Origin: Lingula anatina
Lineage: Eukaryota; Animalia; Brachiopoda
Assembly: GCA_051362555.1 (NCBI GenBank)
Contig: CM120641.1
Location: 2,852,001-2,916,000 of the forward strand
Length of the DNA stretch: 64,000 nt
Direction: 5' to 3'
The notes below the pieces were generated by a model that ran no database searches, had not been told where the DNA came from, and saw only the letters and a program-made list of their open reading frames with translations. Positions within the stretch are counted from its first letter, which is position 1. The number at the start of each line of letters is the position of its first letter. Below, in pieces: positions 44,998 to 59,177 of this stretch. The translations under genes and the position numbers were made by a program.

Positions 44998-47043
44998 ATG
45001 GCCGTGTCGGGTTTGTTAAAAATGCAGAGTCTGCGCAGTATTTCCCGATATCTTGGGTAATATAAATATACGCTTTGTTAAAAAGACATTTTTCAGTAGG
45101 ACAAATAACCAGTGACTGCACTCTTGCATTGTCACGATTTTTCACAGTACATTCACACTGGAAACGCAAATACCTTTGATAGTTATGAGTGCTTTTTCAC
45201 ATTTTCTGAGGAATTTGCTCCGCCATCAAGTTTGAGTCAGTTTGTGTTTACCATGGCGTTGTTTAAACAAGACACGATTTCTATGCAAGAACACGTTACT
45301 ATTTTATTTTTAGAGATGACACAAAACTTATACAAACATTAAGTGGTTATATGAATGGTATCTCCTTAAAATTTAAATATAAAGAAGCAGAACCAGGTAT
45401 GAAAATGAAGTAAAGATAAAGCGTTGAAATGATAGATATATTTAAAAAATCAAGAATATAGTACTGCAAAATGTAGAAGGGATTCAAGTATATTGTTCAG
45501 TCAATAGGTTTGCTTTTTGTTTTGGCGACAGATGGAGGAATAAGAAATATACATGAGTATCCTTTTCCCTTTGAGCCTTTCCCTGTACTGATAGTTTGCT
45601 TCAAGGGAAATCCAAAATTTATCTTTATAGTTTCAATCAGAATATTGATTAAATATATGCTTACACATTTTACACCTTTTGCTGAAGGTTAAACTTGTGT
45701 GTTATATCAGTTTGAGTTTATTTTTGTTTTTTATGGTGAAATGAAATTTTACATGTACCAGGATGGGGCCTACTAGTAAATCTTGGATAAACCTGTACAT
45801 TTAGGTTACAACAAGTGAACCAAAAGCTGCTGAACCCTTGTTCACAGTGTTGTAGACAAAGAGCATGCATACTTCTCACAAGACAGTTCTCTTCTGAAGC
45901 TAACAGTGAGGTCAAGACTGTAGCAGATTCTGTCAACATTACCAACAGATGTGTTGAGGTAAGATAAAAGTGTGAGTTTCTGCTCTCATGGTGATTACTG
46001 AATTTGAAGTTTCAGTGATCAGTAATATAAAAACAATTGTTATAAGGACCACAGTGTAGGATTTTCCCTCAAAAATTCATACTAAATAAATATTTATATA
46101 ACTAACCAACATTTGATCAGACTTTCCTGATACTTAACATATACTGTAACAATCTGGGCAAATTAAAAAGTCCTTAACTCACGCTTAAGCATAGTTCTTC
46201 AAATTCAGTCATTTTCTTGTGCTCATTTCTTGCTCTGACTTTGGGTTCTGCTTGAATTTAAACTTTCTCAAGATGGGTGTTAATGAGATCGTTTTCGCAT
46301 CACTGATTCATGGCATTTATCTGTTGAAATGTGATTAACAAGTATTATTACTTGTCCTCAGATAAGTTCAGCAAGAAGTGGTTTGTGTACTTATGTTTAA
46401 AATCCTACACATTTTCACTTGAAATTAAACCTTGTTATTTTTCTTCAGAGATTGAAAAAAATCACAGCAGATGAGAAGGGGTTATTTCTACGGATATCTG
46501 TTGAAGGTGGAGGCTGCTCAGGATTTCAATACAAGTTTGAATTAGACAAAAATATGACAGAGGAGGACGTGTAAGTTGTACTTTTGTTTTTAATTTGCAC
46601 CAAAATGTAGGCTGATCTAATTCTTGTTGTGGCAGCCTACATTGTTAAAGTAAGCAGCAGACACAGTAGGTGTGTATATTAATTCTGACAAAGGTATATT
46701 TATGAAGAATAATTCTTTAATAATAGATAAAGAATTATCATTTAGATTGATATTCCATACATTTTCAAACTCAAGTTATATGCATACGTATTTCAAAAAC
46801 ATAATATAATATTTAAATCTTGGAATGAATTTTCACTTCATTTCGTTCATTTACGTTCATTTTTCCAGCATCATTGAAAAGGATGGTGTGAAGATTATTA
46901 CAGATACTGACTCAGTGGAATTTCTGAAAAACTCAACCATAGATTTTACAGAAGAACTAATACGCAGTTCATTTCAAGTTGTAAATAACCCTAATGCTGA
47001 ACAAGGCTGTTCATGTGGTGCTTCATTTTCTCTAAAACTATGA
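44998..47043 (+). CDS. ISCA2: Iron-sulfur cluster assembly 2, mitochondrial; exons 44998-45056, 45805-45958, 46449-46570, 46869-47043
   Basis: Basic, acid-poor presequence [20 protein letters not shown]...TRQFSSE, then [29 protein letters not shown] and the C-terminal GCSCGASF. Confidence 0.93.
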
Positions 47044-48633
47044 ACTTCATGAAGTTTGCATTGATGCAAAGTATGATGCACAAACAAATGAAAGAATCAA
47101 CTTGTTTTGTTTTGAATGTTATATTATTCCTATAAACGGATTCTTACTTAGTATGTCCTACACTGAAAAATCTCAGTGAAGAGCAGAGCTGCACAAAAGG
47201 TTATATTCTGTACATACAATGTAAGAGATGTGTTGTTTAGGAATTTAAAAATTGATCTTGAACATTTTACTGTTAATTAGCCATTTACCAATTGAAGTCA
47301 CGTAATTTGGTTAATTGAATTGAATGCAAAATTGAATTATGCTTATATACATGTTTAATAACTGCACATATATAATACTTGAGTTACTTGTTTTAATCAA
47401 GAGCAAGTTAATCATAATAAAATGAGTGGCACATTTGGATTGTGTAAACATTTGAAAATTGATTTACTTACAGATTTACTTATTTATTCAACAGTATTGC
47501 CAAATGAAATAAATTCTCCAAGACAATTTAAAAGCCCCTCCATGAATTTTTCTTGTTTTTTGTACACGTGGGGAAACTGGCAAACTTTGAAGATATTCTG
47601 ATATAAATATTTTTGTGGCAAATTTTGGAAATATAAGATGGGGATCATTTTGTTCAGCATGTGGACATGCATTTTTAATGAACTGACCACAGTAAGGAAT
47701 TATAAATAACATTAAAATTTGTTTGGAATCTTTGAAAGTTTTGTTCACCAAAGACAAGAAAAGGTAGCTTCAATTCACTTTATTAATAGGCAAACCAAAG
47801 CACAAATGACACAGATGAATGTAAGGATACTTCTCAATATTTACAAACAACTTGAACCTGTTGATAAGTAGATATTCTATGTGAAATGGCAGTAATGACA
47901 CTATCTTTGAGAAGTAACCATGTGTATGAAAAACATAAAATGCTCTAATAATATTAATAATAATTTCCATGCACTTTTACAGTGATAAAATACTTAAACC
48001 TTCCTTTAATTATTGTGGACATGATGCAGTCAGCAATGCAAATCAAATGATTGCCATTTTACACAGACCATCATTAGCAAAATAATAAACAGTCTAAAGG
48101 ACAAAATAATACCCTGACAAATTCAAGACATTTTAAAGTATTTTCAAAAGCAAACTCGTTGACAAAAACTGAATGAGATGTTCAATGAACTTATTATCAC
48201 ACTGTGTCTAATTGACCACTTTAATTAAGAATTCAAGTCTATAAATCGAGTCATAAAAATCTAAATGCAAGAAATGGCATTACACAAATACAGGAGCTGG
48301 CACACTATTGCAATGTTCCTTCTCAGTCACTAATTTATAAAGCGATAAAAGTTGAACATTTTTGTCTTGGTGACAAAAAAATATAATAGAAAACTAACAA
48401 GTTGTCATTTATATATTCATTTTGAAAAAAATTATATTTCTGAAATCTGGTGAAAATGTTCTATTGGAAATGTTTGTTAAGTATCAAAGCAAGGAGTCCA
48501 ACTGTTCTTGATACTTCTACACAACAAGAGATTTTTTCCCAATCTTATAAAATTTAAATTATTGATCAAGTGCATTCTTTTCCATTGCTGAGTAGCTCTA
48601 TTATGCCCTTTACTAGCAGCATTATGGCAATGT

Positions 48634-50298
48634 TCACGACAGCAGTGCAAGGATCATGCTGAAAAGAAATGGGTATGGTTGAAATAATAATGAAACACAT
48701 AATGCAAACATGTTTAAAATGTCTAAAATGATGTTTTAAAAGTTTATTCTAAGATCTAATCAATTAAAACATTTCTTTATCCTAATCACGGAAATCATTT
48801 TATATCAAGTTCAAAATCAAGTCACTCACCAATACAAGTAGATGAAAAAGAATATCAGATGAACTGCAAGTTTGATCATGGCTTCTTTCATATGTGATCT
48901 GAGCTGATGTCTGTTATGAATTTCAGCTGGATCAAAAATCCCAACATTGCCAGCAGGTTTTTTCAAATACCTAAAATATGAATTTCACATAATTATCATT
49001 CAGATATTTAACAAGAAAGAGAATTCACATGAAAATTGTTCCAGAAAAATATATATATGGCTAAATTAAGTAAGAGACAAAAGGAATTGAAAATATGCCA
49101 GAAAACGGAGTAACTGCACTGTACAAAACTCAGGTACATAAGGGATTTCTCTGAGATTGTATGTTACGTACCAACATCTTACACTTCACACAGTTCTTTG
49201 ACTGTACCAGACAAAAGTGTTAAGATAAAGATGATCTTATGAAAACTTACTTATATATCTGCCATCCTGCCAAAGGAGTGTTTAACAAGAATACTCCCCA
49301 ATTAAACGTGATTAAGAAAAAAAATGTTAGGATTGTATGAGCAGCTAACTCGGGGAAAACCCACTGAAACATAAAATTCAAATCATTACTGTATAATCTC
49401 CATTTTCCCAAATATACAACAACTCATACAAAATACAAGATAAATAGAAACTGAGAAATAACTGTTTGGTCAATGTATGCAAAGCACCAGATTTACTGGT
49501 ATATATAAATATAGAGCACTATGGAGCTTATTATGTTATATTTATATAATTTATAATCATAAACTGGAAATGTAGCCTACCATATTTAGCCTGTTACAGC
49601 ATGTTGTTGCATTGAGGTAATCACATTCTAAATCAGACAGAGTGATGACCTTGAAATGCATGTTAAGGAAACATACAAATATAATTTGACTAATTCAATA
49701 CCTTCAACATTTCCATATCAAATGTGTACATCTCATTCAGATGCTTATATTTTGGGACAAAACCTTTGTAGCATGGTGTATAAGGTGAATGTAAACAGAC
49801 AAAATCACCACATCATGAAGATATTATTCATTACAATGAAAGACATTTATTGATTTCAAACCATACTTATATGTAAATTATATACTTAATAATTTCATAA
49901 ATGTTTTTAAGGCTGATACATAAATTTCAGTGGTGATGCACTATGTTACAGATTTACGAGATTATAACATAATAGAAGTACCAAACTAAAGTGACATTTG
50001 CAGGTTTTTATTGGCATATGATTCCGTTTCACAGTCTATAATCTCTTAAATTCAAACAAGCCTACTTGATGGTCGCACTTGCAATTGCTTTTAAATTCAA
50101 GTGTCTGTTTCCAAATGTAATCACTGCATGACTATAATTGCCGATATGATAAGATAATGACACATTTTACGAAGCACGCTACCACCTGTAGAAGTACTGA
50201 AAAAATTTCACCTTCAAGGATACAAAATAAACTGTCAGAAAGAGCAAACATGCCCCGTCTAGCAACGCAAATATGAAGAGAAGGGAATCCACCGACAT
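48634..50298 (-). CDS. CNIH4: Protein cornichon homolog 4; exons 50298-50224, 49649-49581, 49363-49251, 48970-48830, 48658-48634 (not captured by the ORF track)
   Basis: [25 protein letters not shown]|[23 protein letters not shown]|WVFPELAAH...|[46 protein letters not shown]|CMILALLS*. The SDLECDY and FDPxEIHNR motifs are those of CNIH4. Confidence 0.95.
49650..50223 (-). other. U12-type (minor spliceosome) GT-AG intron, CNIH4 intron 1
   Basis: 5' splice site GTATCCTT. Branch point TTCCTTAAC (plus strand 49662-49670) lies about 12 nt upstream of the AG, with no polypyrimidine tract. Confidence 0.93.
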
Positions 50299-50543
50299 CG
50301 TTCAGAGTTTTGAAACTATTCACAGATGTCGCTTTTGGGACAAGCCCAAAGCGATAGTAATATTTTGGTGTAAATTTGTTAATATGTCATCCAATATCAT
50401 ACTAAATGAATTTTATTGGCATTTTATGATGAATAAGGCATTCAGAATACATACTCAATATATTGTACAAATGAATAACTGGCATTACATTACGTTCCCT
50501 CTTGACTTTCCCTGACCACCCGAAAACGAGACTAAGCGTCAAA

Positions 50544-52047
50544 ATGGCCGATGATCTACGCACTAATCTCAACTTTGAAGATATCAATCATGGTCTGGCT
50601 CGTTTCCGAGATAATGTCATACTCAAATCAAGAGAAGAATCGAGAAAAATTATATCTACGTGCATTGAGAAAGTAATCTTGCCAGTATTGACCAAAATTG
50701 GAGAGATAGAGAAGCGCTTCCATTGCTCAGTGCCCTCATCTATGAACGCGAGTTATTTCGAAGGCTTAAAAGTGTCAGCCAAGAATGAATTCGAGCTCAT
50801 GGTGAACTTGGATCATTTAACGGCCTTCAAATCCTTTGATGATCTGGGCAATCGAGAAAGCAAATATGCCTGTTATGGCTATTTGTTGTGCAAACACAGC
50901 TATCACAATTTGTCAGACGTGGTGGTCAGCCCACCCCCAAATTGCAAGCATGATAAAGATGATCAGGTCATCTCAGCGTTGAAAGTAAGGAAGCATTTTG
51001 CTGAACTGGCCAGCCAGGCTTGTTCTCATATCAAATGTGACGAGGGGCTTCAGGTTGAAGCACAATTTCGAGGTATGTGTTTTTATGTATAAATTTGCTT
51101 TTAACGTTACATAATAATGTTTATTATTTGTATTGTATTTTTATTGCACTTATTGTATTTACATAATTTAAATTTATTCAAAAGAAAATACTTACAAGGG
51201 TTGTTATTATTTCATAAATGTGAAAAAGCAAGAGGACTAAACACTCTATTTTGAAAATTACTTGGTACTCTCAAACATCACGTACCATCCTGATAATTTT
51301 AAATTAAATCTGCATGTGGGGTAATGTAAGATTTTAAAATACATAATTTAAGGTGAGGGATAAATGAGGATATCTACATGAAGGTGTTTATCTATTTCAG
51401 ATCCTTACACTGTCTTGAAGATCACCATGGATGACAAAGCTTACTACTTTGAACTTGTACCTTCCCTACCTTTTGTGAATGCATGGCCCCCAAGTGCTGA
51501 GGACTTTGGAGTACGCACAAATGAATGGCTAACAACAGATGATGTCAGAGAAATAAAGCAGATGGGATATAGTGTGATCCCAATGATTTGCCCTGCAGAC
51601 CCAAAGAATGAAGCTCTTTGGAGAATATCTTTCTCCAAAGCTGAGAAGTATGTAATGAGATACGAAGATTTTGATGATCCACGCGGAAGGCGCAAGCAGT
51701 GTTCCAGTTTCCTCAAAACCATTCGTGAAGCTAACAAAGAAGCTATGAGACCACTGGTTTCTTACCATCTCAAGACCCTTGTCCTAAATGATTGCATGAA
51801 GTGGCCAAAGGATGAAAGCTGGACACATGAATTACTGTCTCAGAGGTTTGTTGGGCTGCTTTGGCACCTAGATGATGCACTGGAAAGAAGAAAACTACCT
51901 CATTTTTTCATCAAGAAATGCAACCTGTTGGCACCCTATGATATGGTCGATCTACAAGAACTGGCCACAAAAGTGAAAGATATTTTCAATGATATTGTGG
52001 TGAATCCCCTTACAAGTTCACAGTTGAACATTAAACAGGGACATTAA
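50544..52047 (+). CDS. Mab21-family nucleotidyltransferase / cGAS-like receptor (cGLR) candidate, exons 50544-51072 and 51401-52047, about 391 aa
   Basis: ASYFEGLKVSAKNEFELMV (cGAS-type GSYYExxK...EFD motif), ISALKVRKHF, YFELVPSL, W-P, WRISFSKAE, LKTIRE, SYHLKTLVL and LPHFFIKKCNLL. The phase-1 GT-AG intron joins the two ORFs in frame. Confidence 0.9.
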
Positions 52048-55000
52048 AATGCTGTTTTAATTCTACTACATTTGAATTGTGTGATGGCAGTGTAATCTAT
52101 TTAGAAATATGATAGGAATATAACATTGGTCTTCCTGCATATATGCATAATATTTGATATATTTTTATTTTTTGTGCAGTTTAGACTTCATCTTTTACTT
52201 TGAGTTTAGAAGAGTGCATACTTATATTTCACTAAGATTATTCAATCTCATTATCCTTATCCTGAGTATTTGCAAGAAATATCTAAATCAGGGAAATGTT
52301 CAGATAAGAGTATTTGTAAAATGTGAGGAAATGCTGATCTGTACATGGAATATTCAATATATACTTGACTCACCTGTACAAGCCTTACATTCCTTGCACT
52401 TTATTTGTGACAGTTGTATTGAAAATTTACATATCAGTCATTTATTCTAGTAAAAGAAACAGGGACCAACTCTATATTACCAATCATGTGTTTAGAGATT
52501 TAGACTCATGCAGTGTTTCACTGTTTGTTTATCAATATGCACCATTTTAAAGATTGCAGTGATAGCTTGACATTAAAAAAATTCTTGAATGTTATTACAT
52601 TAAAAATAGACTGCAACTGACAATCCAAGTTCCAAATTGGGGATTTTGGAAGGAAACCAGGTGCCAAAGCCTTGAACAGCAGACAAAACTTGATACAGCC
52701 ATAAACATCGATTTTTAAGAATGTATTCCTGTAGTATATCTAGTTGTTTTTTTTTAAATCATAATCACCAAATTTATATAAATGTGTAAATAGTACTTTG
52801 GCTGACGTTACATTTACCTCTGCAATAAAAAAAATTCAGGTCCTAAGTAGCAGCTTATTTTGACATATTTTAAGCTCTATTTTTACATTTTGTATAATTT
52901 AAATTTAACTTTTAAAAGAATATCCACTATAAGAAGTATTTTGGCTGTGACTTGGATCTAATATATACTTTCTAATATTATCTTTTTTTATGACAGAAGT
53001 AAAAGAACAAATCTTTACTATGGTATACAGATTTGTTAGTACTTTTTGTAGAAATGGGTGTCTTTTTTATCACCCAATTTGCCATTTAGTTGAATGACAT
53101 GAATGTCATGATCTCTATATGCAATATTTTTAAAAATCAATAATTTTACAATGTATGCCATAATTGCAAGGATAAATATTTCCTTACTAGTTAGTGTTGT
53201 ATTTTTATGCCATCGTAATCTTGTAGCAAATGCCATGATTTTTAGGACTGATGTTCCCCCCCAATTTATTATAAATGTATTTGGCACTGTAACATCTTTA
53301 TGTAGCAAATTAAAGATGAAATAAACAATACCTGGATAATTAACATAAGATATCTTGACAGTATTGACTATTACTGGTTATTAAATGTTATTCCAACAAG
53401 AACAATAGCTTTTGTGCTCTGTCTCACAGCTCTTACAAGATATGAAGATATTTGAACTGGTACAAATTATAAATCCTGTTTTTAATTGAAAACAACTTTT
53501 TTTAATGAAAACAATTTTTAGATATAATTTTTACTTTGAAAGTTTGACCAATACAGTATATTTCATTGAATAATGATTGCACTCACTGCATAGAAGTGAC
53601 ACAAATTGCAATTTGGAGAGCTGTAGAATCCACGGGTCCCCCTTCAAATAATCCTGTTGATATGGGCCAAGTGATTTGACACATAAAGAGTGCCTGCACC
53701 TCACAGGAAAATAATTCAAGAACAAGTTGTTTACACATTACATGTTTATTGTTTTAGTTCAGTATGAAACAAGCACCAGTAAAGTGCCATTTTGGTATTA
53801 AATATATAAACTGACCATAGCAGAAATGAAGTTCTGTAAACTAGGTATCACTACCATTCATAATTGCTTCAGTTAAAACAATAAAGTACTCATAATAATG
53901 ACAAAGCTTTGTGGCCAACTTCTCAGCAGCAATTTATCTATTATCTTCTCACTCAAAGTCCTCCAAGGTAAAATCTTTACACTACATTAACAGTTTGATT
54001 TTGGTCACTAATTGCCAATCTTTTACATGCTACAGTAGAAGAAAACTAGTTTTTAAATAATGTACATTTCTAAATAGTTGAGGTTAGCTTCTTCTTGTAA
54101 CATTAACTCAAAATGCATCGAGTTAGGAGTACAGCAGTTTTGCATAATGCCATGCTGTGAAATAATTGTACATTTTTTTCTCTCTTGGAAAAGCCTATGC
54201 TTTTCCCTTTGGGTGTATGACCAATACAATGGTCATTAATAACTATAAGATTAATTACTGAAATGTTTCCCTCCCAAAACATGTGGAACTTTTCTAAATG
54301 GTTTAAATAACCGACAATTTGATCTAAATTATCTTACTATTATAACCGAACAAGTCAATAAATAACATCTAGATATGAAATGTGGAGAAAAACAGCTGCT
54401 GTATGTTTTTAGCTGTCTAATGTTTTATAAACCTACGCGATGTTAAATGAAAGAACTGTAGTGTGGTACTTACTCATTCACGCTTCAAAAAGTTAATGCA
54501 TTAAAGCTAGTTTGCATTGAAATAAAACATACTCATAAATAAATAGAGACCTTACATCTAAATATTCACCCCTGGCTAGCTCCTTTTGACTTTATTACTT
54601 ACAACATAATTTTAATTGAATTTTATCAAAGGCGTAATTAGTTGTATAATTATAAATTTGAAAGTATTAAGTTTTTTTCACTTCGCCTAAAATCCAAACT
54701 GGGTTGTGAATCGTTATTTAGGGTACTGTTTACGCTTTTGCTAAAAACAACAACCACCTGGTATAGTGTTGTTGATTCCATTTCCAAATACATGTTATCT
54801 CTGTCATCTACTAACTTACACTGGTTTAATAGAGATATGCATGTTTTTATTAGATCATGATCTGAAACCTGATTGCATAATAACAATTTAGTTCTACCTC
54901 TCCACAAGGCTATAGTGCCAATAAGTCTCTCAAAACAAGCACAAATTATAATCTTAAATATACATGTACACCACGTACCATCATCGATTCTATACACATT

Positions 55001-55068
55001 AATTAATTAATTATAGTCTTTATGTATTGTTTATTAAATGTCAGGTGCCTAGATTATGTTCCAGTTCA

Positions 55069-58000
55069 TCATACAAACACTTTTGCCAAAGCATCGGCTC
55101 CTGCACTGGCAATGTATGGTTTTGATGGATGAAAGGCGACGTCGAAGATGGATTCGTCAAATTTCTTCCTATGGGAGGTAATCTCTTGGACGCATGTTTT
55201 GCTGTCCAGATTCCAGAGTCGTATTGAACAATCATGACCTAAAAAGCAAAATTTTCCAAAGTTTTAACTGGGCATTTTATTCCTGATGGTTGATGTAATG
55301 AAAGATGGTTGATGTAGTGAAAGACATGACAAACAAGTACAAAATTCACAAAATAGTTGAACTTATTTCATTACAGCAAAATAACAACCAACCACATCAT
55401 ATTCAGATAACAATACTTACTTCCTGATAATAAATATAAACCATTTGGATCTACTGCTAGACTGGTTACAGCGTCTAAGTGAGCTACCATAGAATGCAAC
55501 ATTTTCCCTGAAAATGCAAAGGAGGTTGTCCATGTAAATGCATACACATTTCTAAGACCAATATATTTATATTAGTATTGAATTAGTGATTTTGATAAAA
55601 AATCTGAACTGTGTTATGATAACAGCATAATTCTCATACACTTTCTTCATTTAACTAATATAATTGGTCATACGAGGTCCAATGGATTATTGTACAACAA
55701 TCTTATAACTACAATAAATAAAATCATCACTCACTGACCTGTGTTATTATCATAAAACCTAATGTGCCTATCTTCATGAGCTGTAATTGTGACTGGGAGG
55801 GTGGGATGGCTGATAAGTCTATTTATGCGCCCATTGGGGGAATCTGGAAATAAAATATCAAAATAATTTACATACTCCATGAATTTCTTAACATGATGAC
55901 TTATTAAAGATATAAATAAGTCATCTTTATGCATATCACTTTTTAGATCCTAAAAATAACTGGATTTGAAATAGCTTTATACTATTCTGTTAAGCAAAAA
56001 CTAATCCACTAAAACTAGTAGGAGTGATATTAGGCATACTGTCAAACAATCAATGTTTAGCTTAGTCGCATTTAAAGACAAAAGTTACCTTTAAGACAAT
56101 ATCTATCAAATACTCGAGTGATGAACTAATACTAAAGTGTTAAATGCAAAGAAAGAGAAGAAAATACCATTCCTGAATAAAGACACAGCAACCCTCACCT
56201 TTACCTTCTGCAGTTTCCAACTTGATAACTTGTTTGGCAGTTTCCATGTCAAAAATGAATGTGTTGTTGGAGGAATAAGAGGCAACCATCTGGTTAGGCT
56301 CACAACGAACAAAATCCATAGATGTTGGCACACCCTCTGCAGAGCAGAAAAGACATTTCGTTCATCTTGTGAGTTAAAAGATCTGAATCTGTCACATACA
56401 TTCTTGCCATTTTGACAGTTATTTTTGAAAGGTATCCCTTCCTTAATGCCCAATACAATTCTGCCAAAGACACTGAATTGATTGCATCTCAATATCTTAA
56501 AATGAGCCTGTTTTAAAATCAATAAATTAAATTTCAATTTAGTGACTTAGCTCAGACTCAACATACTGATGGTAACATACCATTTTCCACAGTGAATGTG
56601 CTAAGTAGTGGATTACTTGTCCCTGGATTCCATAACCTGACTGTGCCATCAGCCGAGCAGGACAGGAGCTGCATTCTAGAGCTGTGAACTGAGAGACCCC
56701 AAACAGCATCTGTGTGGGCAACCAGGGTATCAGCCAACACACTGGGGTCTGGAAGACATAGAGACATTATATAGCTGGGTAAAGGTTTATACACACAACC
56801 GCACAGGCAATGTGTCAGGTTACACACTTGCAGTATGAACAGAAGGAAAGGTGTGAAATGGGAGGTGGTACACAAAGGTAGAGCTACAAGTCAAGCTAAT
56901 TTGCAGAATTTTATCTTTTTGTTCTACCTTTCTCGCTCCATAAAATGGCTTTATCTTTTCAATTACACAGCCTTAACTCTACTGAAGTAAAGATTCATGA
57001 AGAAGAAAAGCTATTATAAGAGAGCTGACATGAGGGTAAAAATAGTGAAGATTATCCCATATCAACTAATACAAAATACAGCCTGTCAAGAACAGAAGAA
57101 ATTCTCACCACATTTTGCTAAAATACTGTTCACAACTAATTTCACACTTAGCAACAAAGCGACTTGTACATCACACTCACCAAATGAATCATACGGATCA
57201 ATATTAGAACTGGGAATATTCCAACACCTAATGGTGGAGTCAATGCCTCCACTGAAGCACTGCTCTCCTGTGGCACTCATTGCCAAGCACAATACGGGGC
57301 CCACATGTGCTCTGAATGTGTAGATTGGCTCCACATCCAAGGACGCAGCTCTATCAGAATAAACACAAGATGATGATGATGATGATGATGATGATGAGAG
57401 AAAATGAAGATATATCTCATTCATGGTTTTTAAACTTGACCAGTAAGTTTGCCTCACTATACATTAACATAAACTCAAATATTTTCAATCATACATCTAA
57501 AAAGATACTCAACAATACCACACTTACTTCTTGGCTGGCACAGTTTTCTGAAGGTTCCACAGTTTCAGTGTGTGGTCTTCAGACCCAGTTATAAGCACAG
57601 GTTCCACAGGATGGAACACAAGCGCCCGGACTCCATCAAAATGACTGGAAAAGAAACAAAATGTGTCATCCAAACTATCAATGTTTAAATTTAACAAAAA
57701 CTTCAAACCCATGAAATCTAACTTCACAGAGACCCATGGCACCTATGGTGATGTAATGTGGTGTTTTGATAAATGGTTCTTGTCTGACAAATCACATTTA
57801 TTATACAACATACATAATTACATACGATACTAATAACTGTCTATGTTTACTATATCAGAGGCTTAGATGCATACAGCAACATCTTACTGAGAAATGACAC
57901 CAGAAACAATGACTCTCACTTCAACTCGTATGAAAAACCATTTACCTTCTAAGTGTATATTTGGCATTCCAAGTTTTCCTAAATGCTTCATTTGTTGCAG

Positions 58001-59134
58001 ATATCTACAATATAAAACATAAACATTGATAAAAACCTAATGTTTACTACATCCAGATTAGATGATGTTTTTAGAAAATAAATCATTATTATAATATAGC
58101 ATAGTAAATATAAGCCATTTCTTTACTCACGTCATAGCATAAAGGATCAGCTTCATTGGACACAGTTAATCCGGCTAATTCTCCTAAACCTAGGGCAGCT
58201 TCTAAAGCATCGTCATCACCAGGGATACCTAAACATTCAAGAAAAACCCAATAAGCATCTAAAGTAGAAAGTTTTCAAATTTTGTACAAAGAATTTCAAG
58301 TTCAGCTTTTATTGCAAAAGTGAAATTTACAGAAGTCTGCTTTTGTTAACAAAATTCCAAATAATGCCATTATAATACTCAAATTCAAATAAAAAAATAA
58401 ATAAAATTTAAAGCAAATTAGGATTTTGTACATACAACACACATTTAAGTTTCACATGTAGATAGATAACCATACTGGGATTGTGCCAGCTCCAGTCCAG
58501 GTCACAGGCCTTCTATAATATATGATTTCTCACCCAGCTTTTGCATCAATCTAAATCACACACCAACTTTATCAATACATAAAAAAAAATTACTAAAAAA
58601 CTATATATAGTCAAAGTTTTTTTCTTACCTGAATCATCAATTTCTGGTGCGTTTCCCCTGGGTGGACTGGCACTCCCAGACTGGAGTGCTGGCATCTCTT
58701 CATCATTCCCTAGGTTGGCTAGCATGGCCTGAAGAGTTGACCTCTTGGGCCCTATAGCAATAAGCATATCAATATAAATACATCTGGCACAACTTTTTTT
58801 ATTTAAAAAGATACCTTAACTAATGTAATGCTTAGGTTAAGTACACTGTTGAAGTAAGCTTTTATCACAAATAACTTCAACAATCTTTAATAAAACAACC
58901 TTGTTCACTGTCAGTAAAAGTCAGTTTTAAATTCCCGTTTGTGAAAATTAAGATTTTTTATGTAACTGTGGCATCAAGAAATCAACAACAAGATTCAATC
59001 TTATTTTTTGCTTACTTTGAATTCCCTTCTTCCCCTTCCTCTCTTTCTTGTACTGTTCTTTAAGCTTAGAAATAAGTTGCTGGTCAACACCCCATTCTTC
59101 ATTAGGAGAGAGATCTTTCTTCTCTGAAAAAGAA

Positions 59135-59177
<43 letters not shown>

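Noticed and set aside
45112-45342. ORF with a good-context ATG at 45253 as the ISCA2 start
   Set aside because: It stops at 45342 with no suitable donor. The 44998-45056 exon gives the correct phase and a mitochondrial presequence.
55286-55323. 19-bp direct repeat GATGGTTGATGTA(A/G)TGAAA; similar short duplications near 14848 and 63085
   Set aside because: Ordinary slippage duplications in introns.
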